Assembly (NCBI GenBank): GCA_010909165.1
Contig: VJWM01000117.1
Location: 124,001-188,000 of the forward strand
Length of the DNA: 64,000 nucleotides
Origin: Anthoceros angustus
Lineage: Eukaryota; Plantae; Anthocerotophyta
Reading direction: 5' to 3'
The notes beneath the pieces are model-generated. The model ran no database searches and was not told the origin of the DNA. It saw nothing but the letters and a program-made list of their open reading frames with translations. Positions 10,201 through 20,927 of the stretch are shown piece after piece. Position 1 is the stretch's first letter; every line of letters begins with the position of its first letter. Made by a program: the position numbers and the translations under genes.

Positions 10201-13200
10201 GCAAAATGCTAAGAGGGTAGATCAGTCTTTTTCTAGCTCCTGGATTTTGTCTATGGAGCAAAGCCTCTTGGGGCATTTACTTCATGCAGCTGGTTGGGTT
10301 GAAACTCCAAGTCGGGATTCCCATTATCTGTCCTTAATCAAAACAGTCTTCACTGTTGTGCTAAAGCACAGGTTTGCTGAGGTGTCAAGTATGAAAGCTC
10401 TGAGGTGCCTCAGTGCGTCACTGTTGCAAGGAGCTGGTGGCCAGCCTTCTGATGCTGTGGCTCATCTTGGTGCAGAGCTGTTGGATCTGGTTGTGTCCCA
10501 TTCACAATTTCTACCTTGTCTGATATGTGAAGAAACAGAAATTGCTCTGCCTACTCAGTTTCAAGGCCGTTCTACTCGGGGCACGTTTTTTAGCTCACTT
10601 CCATTTCTGTTGGCTCTCGTTGAAACTCCTACTCAGGATAGGGATGGGCCTTCGAGGCCTTCCAAAGCGAGCTTGAGACACACCAAACTTGGCGACCAAG
10701 GATGGGAAAACTTGTCTCATGTGACCAGTGGCCAGAGTGCTCACACCAGGCTGGAGATGGTGAGGCTACTGAGAGTACTTTTTGCTTTGAAAATGCATCC
10801 AAGCAATGTGCTCAAAGTGGAAGGTGACACAGTCATGTTTCATGATGTGTTGTCCCTGCTCCTTGCCGTGTATGGAGCTAGTATGAGCCCTGTGGATCAA
10901 GAAATCTTCAACCTAATGCATGAGATAGAAGTATATGGCGGTGCAGGTTTCCCGGGTTTGGCAGGAATGAACTACGGCTGGGGAGAGGCAGCTGGCAAGA
11001 GAAGAAAGCTACAAGCAGATGGGAGACAGTCTAGTTCTTTGGAGACCATAGTGGGAGAAGACGCTGGATTTGAGTTCAGAAAAAGAATCTTCAAGGAGGA
11101 CATGGAGGTTGATCCAAAAAGTTGTGGTTTAACTGTTTGGTGTTTTCCAATGGAAAGAAAGATATGGACTGCTGCGACCGGGGGGACGATATTGGAGAAG
11201 TTAACAGATGTACATGCAGCAAGACCTTGTTTAGCAGCAATTTTTCCTGTTTCCAGGGCTTTTAGATGGACCTTTATATTGAGCAGCTTTTCAACTTTGT
11301 GGACTTGCAGGGGTTATTGAATGTGAGGTCTGATGTTCCGAGCTATTGCTTGGGTGAAGCTGCTTATGATCCAGCATTTATCCTTCCATTCTGCAAGAAC
11401 GCAGTGAGTAAGGGTTATCTGGTCGCTGAAGAGGTTGTACGGCTGGGTCTGCTTGCCATATGCCTTGCGAGCCTCAGCTCAGCAGATGATGGTATGAGGA
11501 AGTTGGGCTATGAGGTCCTCATGAAGTTTATGGAAATTTTGGAGGTACCGTTCTTTCCATTGGTTGTGCTGTTTTTCTATTTGGTGGGTAGTGTCATGAT
11601 GTTATGCTGTGTTATTTTGCAGGCAGGGCCCAGCTTCAAAGGGAGTCAGCAGATTCACGTTCTGCTCACTTCTGTGAAGAATGCAATCACAGAACCTTGG
11701 CAAAGGATTCCTTTTGTATCAGCTGCCTTCGCTGCAGAAGCCTCCTGTGTATTGATGCATCCAGAGAGTCTGCACTATCTGACGGTCAACCGTTGCCTAC
11801 TTCAGAGGCCAAGTCTGGATATTGAGGTCTCTTCCTGAATTTTCCTCAAGAATATTTTATTGGACATCCACTGCTGTTATCCTGACAACATTGAATTGCA
11901 TGGTGTTGCAGCGCATCCCCTTGCTTCACACAATGCTCAGTAGTGGTGAAGCACAATACCGCAGTGACCGTGCTTGGATTTTACGGCTGCTAGCAGTTGG
12001 TTTAGTTTCTTCTCTAGATGCACAGATCTATCGCCGCAAATTCGTTCTGGAAATCTTAATGAGTCTCTACTCCTCACCATTGTCAGACCTCTTCACTAGC
12101 AAATGGGTGTTGGAGGTAACAAAACACCATTGTTTGCATGCTGCGGCAAATCTATGATGGATCTTTTTTAGTGTGATTGACATCCTTAGTCTGTGCTGGA
12201 TATACGTGCCCTGCCTTACAGTCACAGTGTGCAGGTCCTCAGAAAAGCATCAAGAATACCATCAAGTGCTCGTCACCTTGTGGAACATATGGGTGTACTT
12301 TCGTGGCTCAGTTCTGCTGCAATCAGTAGTAGTGACCTATACCTCAGGGGGCAGGAGCAACAATTTCATGACATTCCTACAAAGTGTTTGGAGGTGAATA
12401 TTTACCTAAGGTGACCAGTCTTGAACTCTTGTTGAAGCTGGACCTGACACATACGTGAATTTGCAGGTCTTGGAAAATGTGCTACGGTGGAAAAGGGTGA
12501 GAGACTTTGGAGCATCGGAAGGGTTTGATGAGCTGTTGAAGGTTGCGTTGCAATTACACTGGCATATTGCAAACAAACTGGAAAATCCGCAGCAAGTCAG
12601 GGTTTTCAAACGACCTACGATCCGGATATTGGCACTAGTCATCAACTTGGGCCAACGAAGAAAAAAACATCAGACGCGGTTTAGCATGTCCCTGAAGTTT
12701 CTTGCAGAGATCATAGACTGGGTGGAAAAAGAAGATCTAGATGGCGGTGAATCCAGAGACGAAACCCGGATGCAGGCACTCCTGTTGCTCCTACAGAACC
12801 GACCTCCCCCAACTTTAGGCGATGAGGTTGTGTCACACTTCTTTGGTTATGTAGCTACATCACTCAGTTGTCTGATCCGCTGGATGCTTAGCTTGTATGC
12901 TTAACTCTAAGCGTGTGATTGCAGGACATGGTAATGCTTCTGGAGGTGATGAGGTGGGCAGTTAGAATTGCTCTAAGACGATTACCCAGCAACCAATGTT
13001 CCCCTGTATCTAAGGGTGAATGGGATAAAGAAACCATTCCACACAAGCTCTTGCGGTGGATCTCAGCATCACTGGTGCTCGGTCAGCATACCAAGAGCGC
13101 ATTTCCAGCAGGAACATACAACAATTTCTGGTGTCTCTGCTCCAACTGCAGCTGCAACATTTCATCAACAGCAACGTGCTCTGAGCTGACTGTTTTGCTG

Positions 13201-13891
13201 GTAATGCTGCATGGCCACACAGTAGCAGAATCGTCCACAGTATCAGCAGAGTATGTTGTAGATGCCTTGGTAATGCTATTATGCAGCAAAGGTATCTTTC
13301 AATCAGCTTCAGGCATGACAGGTGAGCCCGCTCCTCTGGTAACTGTTGTGGTGTGCTTCTCTGTCTATCATGAGGACCGACTGACTTCTTATTGGACTCT
13401 ATGATCAGGTCGTTTGTGGCAGTCCCAAGCCATCCAACAAACCCTGGAGCTGATACTAAAAGACCTTCCCTGTCCAGCAGAGGTGGCTCCTTCCTGGCAC
13501 TGGTAATTGAAACTTTGGGTTGCTGCAATCATAAATTTTGAAAGTCCTGGACCAACGTGACTTTCACCGATGTCTCTACAGGTCCTTTTTCAGGCAGCGG
13601 AGGTCAGATTCTGGAAGTGATACAGAGGCGCATGATGTGGATGTCCAATTAGCCTACTTGGGCAAATTGCGGAATATCTTAATAGTCATATGCCAACAGC
13701 TACTGGCAGGCGGATCCATGGCATTCGAGGGCTGGGTGGTTGAGAGGTGGAAGAAAGGATTGGAAGCAATCCATCCGACCAACTTGAGCAGATGTGAGCT
13801 CCAACAAAAAGTCAATGCATTCCGAACAAAGCTGATGACTGCACTAGCTCCTGCCACGGGAGAGAAGCAGTTGGTGAACAGCCGGAGTTGA
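4248..13891 (+). CDS. URB1: Nucleolar pre-ribosomal-associated protein 1 (URB1/Npa1), multi-exon; true start may be 4248 or 4288
   Basis: Chain of long ORFs joined by GT-AG introns (e.g. 4555-4666, 5619-5708, 6559-6759). N-terminal Npa1-like region ('YSHLLSNKRSRQNAAL..L..IV...AKDFNF', 'TRVAFVDFAMSFL..DPGLLRWVL'), NopRA1 region ('YDPAFILPF...GLLAICLASLSSADDGMRKLGYEVL'), plant C-terminal 'CPAEVAPSWHWSFF'. Stop at 13889-13891. Confidence 0.9.
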
Positions 13892-14180
13892 TGCATGACA
13901 TAGCAAAGTGTACGTAGATATTCACAAGGAAGGTGAGAAGTGGGTATCGTCGATGAGCCTTCCTCTAAAGTAGCATGATGGGGTACTTTTGTGGACAATA
14001 GCCGTTCCTTCATGAAGAGGGACTACTCGCATGTTCCGACTTGCGGACATATTATGGTAGGTAAGATACCATCAATCCCCTCTTCAATGGCCAGATAATG
14101 GAAAGTGACGAGTCCAAGCATGGTGCTTCTCGAAAACCTGGATCAGTTGGATCTCAGCTGCGTGGCTCTGAAAGACTAGC

Positions 14181-14442
14181 GCGCCCCGCGTTAGATTCAA
14201 CAAGAAGGCGCCTCGCGTTAGATTCAACAAAGAGGACAAAAATATAAGCCTCTACGTAAACTAAACCGAACTGTGTTGTGTGTGTGGCTCCGACGTACCA
14301 AACCGAACTGTGTGTGGCTCCGACATACCGGCGTCCTTACAGAAGAAAGGAAATTCTAAATCGTACAATACCAAACCGAACTGTGTGTGGCTCCGACATA
14401 CCGGCGTCCTTACAGAAGAAAGGAAATTCTAAATCGTACAAT
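14181..14442. repeat. Short local tandem duplications (~28 bp x2 and ~72 bp x2)
   Basis: gcgcc(c/t)cgcgttagattcaacaa x2; accaaaccgaactgtgtgtggctccgacataccggcgtccttacagaagaaaggaaattctaaatcgtacaat x2. Confidence 0.85.
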
Positions 14443-14968
14443 GGAAAGATCTATGGCTATCTTGTCTCCTCGTTACTTGTTGCTCTCATAAGCCTAAAGG
14501 GATCTATTGAGCCCGAGTCGAAGGTGTGTGGAAGCATCTCGTTTCTGACAATCTGCACCGCCCTGATGTGGCTTACTTGCTATTAGAGCTTGCATGTGTG
14601 TTGGCCTGAGAGGGAGAGATTGCTCTCTGCCTTGCAAGCAACGCTCTTGGCTCCTGCTCTCTTTCAATTCGTGGATGCACAAAAGTTGCAGGCTCCAGCC
14701 TCCCGGTGAGTTTGAGCCAAGAAGAAGCCGAGCTGAAAAAATCCTGCTAACGCCGCCCGCGATGGAGATGAACGCGGACACCGGCTGCCTTGTAGTTCGC
14801 GTTGCTCCTTAAATTGGTCCATTTAAGAAGGCTGCCTGCCTTGCAGCCGTGGAGCTTTTGGCCCTTGATATCGTTGTTTGAAAAGCTTTATTTTTCTTAA
14901 TTAGTTAATATATACAGGACATAAAATACAACATACCTGTGCGACATGAGCCTCGGGCCTGAAGGCTA

Positions 14969-15073
14969 AGAGTGGCCCATCAGACTTGATCGGCCTGACT
15001 GGGCGCCGATCAGGTCGGATCACGCTCTGGCCTAGGCGCCCATGAGGCCCGATCAGGCTGATTGGCCAGCTCT
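14969..15073. mobile_element. MITE-like element (~105 bp) with ~40 bp imperfect TIRs, flanked by TA
   Basis: Left arm agagtggcccatcagacttgatcggcctgactgggcgcc vs reverse complement of right arm agagctggccaatcagcctgatcgggcctcatgggcgcc. TA at 14967-14968 and 15074-15075. Confidence 0.6.
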
Positions 15074-15099
15074 TAATTTCAAAAAAGTCCCAACATAAG

Positions 15100-15530
15100 C
15101 TTTAATGTCCTGGACGAACGTGACTTTAACCAAGCGAGGATCATATTCTGGAAGTGACGTAGGGGCGCATGACGTAGACGTTCAATTAACTTACTGGGCA
15201 AATTGCGGGACATCTCATAGTCCACTGGCAGGCAAATTCAATTCATACATTTGGGAGCTGCTTGGTTGAGAGGTAGAGAAAAGGATTGGAAACAAACCAT
15301 CCGACCACCTTGGGTAGATATAGCTCCATCAGAAAGTCGATGCATTTCGAAAAACGCCTTAGGAGAGAAACAGAAGGTGAACAGCTGGAATTGGTACATA
15401 TATGAGCTAGCAGAGAGTATCCTAGATGTTCACCATCCGACTTGCGTCCTATAGTACCAATCGGTCCTCTATTCAGTGGTCAGATGTTGGAAAGTGACCA
15501 GTCCAAGCGGGGTGCACCGTGCTTTTTGAA
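15100..15530 (+). pseudogene. Degenerate DNA-level duplicate of the URB1 last intron, last exon and 3' UTR
   Basis: Aligns by eye to 13536-14140 (gtcctggac.aacgtgacttt...attctggaagtga....ggcgcatga.gt.ga.gt.caatta...ggcaaattgcgg; ...ggaaagtgac.agtccaagc) with many deletions and substitutions. Confidence 0.75.
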
Positions 15531-15576
15531 ACTGAAAAAAATTAAATTTCGCTCATCAGGGGGCAGCTCTAGCACC

Positions 15577-18500
15577 TCACAGAGCAGCGGAGGGAAGGTT
15601 GCCACCGGATCTCAGCTCCGTAGTCGAGAGTTTCTGAAAGCCTGCTGCTCCATATGAGCTCTTACAACCCAGCAACACCGTGACCAGCACAGCGCATACT
15701 GCCATGATGGTTACAATGAAGATTGCCAGATTTACCGACATTCGGCCCTCGATGTCCACCTCTTCACATGCCACTAAGATGGACACCACCGCGCCATGGC
15801 TGGGGACAGAGGCAGATAAGTACCTTCGGACTACGTTGAGATCTCCTGTCCACCCATCTTTCACCTCGCACTGCCATTCCGACGGCGTTGCAGTAGGAGT
15901 GGGCTCGCTTGGATTAGCAGGCGGCTCAGGCCTGTGGAAATGCTGAATGGTGTCCTGGAGTGCGAGGGTGATGACGCTTGTGCTCGGTCCGATGTTGAAA
16001 AACGCCACGATCATTTCTCCTGCGCATACCAGCTGTTGTCAGGTCACACTTCACTGCAGAGACTTCTAACCATGTTCAGTCCTCTGAGAGATGATCACCT
16101 TGTGATCCACGAGCAACCCACACACGATATTCCTCCTCTTGCCGGGCAACCATCACACAACTTCCTGACGCTGGGTTCAACAGCTGTTTGCCTCTTACTT
16201 GCCAAGTCTGCAGTAACAGGAAATCAGCACCTAAACTGATTGCACGTTGCTACCACAACTACCTTTCCAACGTAGTTGTGTACCTGACTTGGCTTGCCCA
16301 CACACTTGGTCAGCGGGCCATGTGAGAACTGTGCGGTCGAGCCGTGCTCGGTCATGGCTCCAGCATCCAGGCACAGGTCTGGGTCTCCTGATGTCCAGAT
16401 GTCACCAACCTCCAGGATGTGGCTGGTGGTACTGCACAACCCAACTTTCAGTGCATCTGACTTGGAAAGTTCGGAGCAAACAATCTGCCCCCCTTTGAAG
16501 TACAAATCTTACTCAGCTGATGCTTGGGCAGAAGTTGTTGCTGGTGGATTCGGCACTGACGGCCTCCAGTTTAGACAGCCTAAGAGTATCTTCTCTGATG
16601 AGGGACTATTCCAACAGACCTGGTCCTCTTCTACCACAAAGTTACTTTTACTTCTGGCCCAGCTTGTTTCACCAGTCAAATGACATGCTGCCAACTGCAA
16701 CACAGTCCTTCCTGGAGTGGAGCTGAAAAGCTGCACAGCCCCGGCACCACATTGTTGCACCCGAGCTTCACTGTTTGCTCATTAATAAATGAGACAAAGT
16801 GTCAGGGGCCTTACCTCACGGTTCTCTGAGCTGTTTGCATTGATTTCCAACATTACAGGATTTGTGAGTATCTCAAGCGTCCACTGATCGAGGGAAAGCA
16901 TGTCACCCCCAAACATGAGAGGGGATCTTGCCATTGCCCAAAGGCTAATCTGTCACCACCAAAGAAAAAGGGCATCTGTGGACATCAGGATAGCTGGCGG
17001 CCTACTATTATGACAAGAATGGATTTGAATACCTGAGTTATTTGTTCGTCCCTGGTGAGCCCAGTAAATCTGTGTGGGCCTGCATCCGCCCCTGTTAGCA
17101 AGCAGATCCACTAGTCAACAACATGGGCCTTGGGTGTCACACGAGAACAATAAAGAATGTCTTCAGGCATGTTTTACCGGGATCAGTAAGCTGGCCCAAC
17201 GGCAGCATGTCAAGATCAGGCCAAGACTTTCCACCATGCAGACCAGATGCTCCTATCAATCCAGCTGCTGCAAAGTCCCTGTAACAACTCCTCCCTTCAA
17301 TAACAAATAGATAACACATCTCCTAGGAATCTCAGCGAGCTACAGCAACACATAAACGTGACAAAACTTCATGTGCACCTGGCCACATTAAAATGAGATT
17401 CCAAATGGGGCCAGATGTCCCAGTCATCACTAGTGACGCGGTACATATTGGTGATATTGGAAATGGTCCATGCCAGGTCTGGAGATGCTCTGGTTCCTGG
17501 TGATAAGGAATACACCATAGGCCGGCCTGTCTCAACAATAGCCTACAGGAATCCAGAGGAACTAACAAATAAGCTGCTAAGTAGATCGCCACGAAAGCAT
17601 TGCAGTTGCAAAGATGTGGAAGAGAGATTCTGTAGTTTATCTGAGTGTAACAAAAATTCCCAATCTAGAAGTAACAACTGCTGACCTGTGATGCAGCAGC
17701 GATTTCATCAAAACGATAGTCATCTCCAAAAATGCAGTCATGCTTTACTGCATATCCTCGCACAAAAAGTGCTTGAAATCAAAATAATGAAGTGAAGCAC
17801 TTGATTATCGAAAGCTTTTGTGAAGCTTTGTGTAGCAAAAGCAAGCAAAACAGTAGTTGGCAAAAGCAGGCAGAACGATTAGTGAACTGGCCAGTGTTAA
17901 CACTCATGCTATTTCACAAAGCTAACTAACCACACAAGAGGAGTGAGGACGTACTGAAATCAACTCCCCAGCTGGCGTACTGTTGGTACAGAGAGTTAAT
18001 AAAAGCTATGCCACCTTCGGTGCTGACATTTACGCCAAAAAAGCATCCTTGCATCCACCCACAGTCTGTCCCATTGACAAAAATGTCTGTAGCAGTCCAC
18101 TCTCGTCCTTCTGAGCCTCCTGGACGTCCCTGTATCCACAGGGCCAGCACTGCTCGACATTGGAGTTGTCCCAAAAGAACTAGTGATGTTTTCTGGGAGG
18201 CTCGACCTGCCAGATAAAGTCAGGGAAAAACCTGATCTTGCAGAATGGTGCTACTAGCTTCGACAGCAGCCGAGCTTATTCCACGCATGACATGTATCCC
18301 AAACTTGAGGCCCATTGCGTGCACCTTCTCTGCAACTGGAGCGAACCCTTTACCATCTTTACTAGATGGCCAGCGTCCTGGATCTGGTATTGGTCGTCCC
18401 CACTCATCGATGACATCAAAGCCAGGGGACCACACGGAGGCACCTTGGACATGCCTTCTATACCACAGAAAGTCCACCACCACATACTGTAACACGGGAT

Positions 18501-20338
18501 ATTCAGACGCATTGGTTAAACAGAAAACTACAACACACCAAGACCGCTCCAGCACCTGTCAAGTGAAATGCTTTCTACAACCTTGTAGAAAACATCAGAA
18601 TGAGCCTAGTTGCCAACCTCGTAGCCAAACGGGAGAAGACGTTCCGAGACTTTCTGTGCATTGTTCAGAAACTCCTCTTCCGAGACAATCCATGAATACG
18701 AGTCGTATGAGTTCCAGCCTCGTGGAGGAGATAGAGACACCCCTGTAGGATTCGTGGTACTTGTTGCGGACTTGACCCTGAACCCCCGATGCAACATCAG
18801 CCAAGAATCTGAAGGGCAACAGCAAGATAACAGCTGGCAGTTCCCAAAGAACTAGTGATGTTTTCTGGGAGGCTCGACCTGCCAGATAAAGTCAGGAAAA
18901 ACCTGATCTTGCAGAATGGTGCTACTAGCTTCGACAGCAGCCGAGCTTATTCCACGCATGACATGTATCCCAAACTTGAGGCCCATTGCGTGCACCTTCT
19001 CTGCAACTGGAGCGAACCCTTTACCATCTTTACTAGATGGCCAGCGTCCTGGATCTGGTATTGGTCGTCCCCACTCATCGATGACATCAAAGCCAGGGGA
19101 CCACACGGAGGCACCTTGGACATGCCTTCTATACCACAGAAAGTCCACCACCACATACTGTAACACGGGATATTCAGACGCATTGGTTAAACAGAAAACT
19201 ACAACACACCAAGACCGCTCCAGCACCTGTCAAGTGAAATGCTTTCTACAACCTTGTAGAAAACATCAGAATGAGCCTAGTTGCCAACCTCGTAGCCAAA
19301 CGGGAGAAGACGTTCCGAGACTTTCTGTGCATTGTTCAGAAACTCCTCTTCCGAGACAATCCATGAATACGAGTCGTATGAGTTCCAGCCTCGTGGAGGA
19401 GATAGAGACACCCTGTAGGATTCGTGGTACTTGTTGCGGACTTGACCCTGAACCCCGATGCAACATCAGCCAAGAATCTGAAGGGCAACAGCAAGATAAC
19501 AGCTGGCAGTTCCCAAAGAACTAGTGATGTTTTCTGGGAGGCTCGACCTGCCAGATAAAGTCAGGAAAAACCTGATCTTGCAGAATGGTGCTACTAGCTT
19601 CGACAGCAGCCGAGCTTATTCCACGCATGACATGTATCCCAAACTTGAGGCCCATTGCGTGCACCTTCTCTGCAACTGGAGCGAACCCTTTACCATCTTT
19701 ACTAGATGGCCAGCGTCCTGGATCTGGTATTGGTCGTCCCCACTCATCGATGACATCAAAGCCAGGGGACCACACGGAGGCACCTTGGACATGCCTTCTA
19801 TACCACAGAAAGTCCACCACCACATACTGTAACACGGGATATTCAGACGCATTGGTTAAACAGAAAACTACAACACACCAAGACCGCTCCAGCACCTGTC
19901 AAGTGAAATGCTTTCTACAACCTTGTAGAAAACATCAGAATGAGCCTAGTTGCCAACCTCGTAGCCAAACGGGAGAAGACGTTCCGAGACTTTCTGTGCA
20001 TTGTTCAGAAACTCCTCTTCCGAGACAATCCATGAATACGAGTCGTATGAGTTCCAGCCTCGTGGAGGAGATAGAGACACCCCTGTAGGATTCGTGGTAC
20101 TTGTTGCGGACTTGACCCTGAACCCCCGATGCAACATCAGCCAAGAATCTGAAGGGCAACAGCAAGATAACAGCTGGCAGTTCCGTCCAAAGACAGCCTG
20201 ATCTCCGGAATAAGCACCAGACCAACAGAAGAAAATTCAAGATCACCAGCGGACTGCTCACCTGGTCACCGTTAAGATCAAGAAAGCCCGCACACAAAAC
20301 CCAAGCCATTGCCAACACCAGCCGCTCAAACTCGACAT
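15577..20338 (-). CDS. Glycoside hydrolase family 27 (alpha-galactosidase / beta-L-arabinopyranosidase, At3g26380/APSE-like), multi-exon, with N-terminal signal peptide and C-terminal hydrophobic segment
   Basis: Exon 1 MSSLSGWCWQWLGFCVRAFLILTVTR (ATG 20338). Then 'PPRGWNSYDSYSWIVSEEEFL', 'YVVVDFLWYR', 'DEWGRPIPDPGRWPSS', 'GLKFGIHVMRGIS', 'YASWGVDF.KHDC', 'RPMVYSLSPG', 'MYRVTSDDWD', 'SWPDLDMLPLG', 'WAMARSPLMFGGD' and the C-terminal beta domain 'IVAFFNIG'. Exons 2-3 are present three times. Confidence 0.9.
18170..20184. repeat. Three near-identical ~670 bp tandem copies, each containing GH27 exon 2, an intron and exon 3
   Basis: Units start at ~18173, 18844 and 19513 with identical junctions cagctggcagttcccaaagaactagtg. 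Copies differ only by homopolymer-length changes. Confidence 0.95.
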
Positions 20339-20927
20339 TGTCACACCGAGAATATGTACTCCTCCTGCTACAACACGGAGTCCAGTTGCCAGAACTCCCC
20401 TACAGTTTGAGGATCACAACAAATCCACTCCCGTCGTGCACTGTAGCCCTCCAGCAATGATTCCCGACAGGACCTTGACATCTTGGACACAAGGAAGGGA
20501 TGAGGATTGACAGTAGCCTTCGGCTTAATGACTGATTTCCTCCCTAAAGCACGCTCATGTGGCTTTCGCAAAGCTCACTGGGCACTGCGCACTGCGCAAT
20601 GCCCAGTGAATTTTTATGAAACGTCTCAGAATACCCGTGCTGTTCACAGGCTCACGGCGCCGTTCATGTCACACGGCGCTGTGATGAGTTCCGCAGTGCC
20701 ACTACGGGCCCTTCATTTCACACGCCGCCGTGATGTACCGCAGTGGGTCCCAATATTGAGAATGCGTAAAGTATCGCCCGGGTCTCCGGCGCATAAAGGG
20801 CCGGATGCCGGGGGCAAGTGTAAACAAGGGCCGGATGGCCGATGCCCCCGGTCATAGTTCGTCGGGGGTTTAATGCGAGGTTGCCTTGATCTAGTGGGAC
20901 CCACCACTCAGTCTCTCTCCTCTCCGT

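Noticed and set aside
14450-14860. Short ORFs downstream of URB1
   Set aside because: They overlap local tandem repeats and show no recognisable domain.
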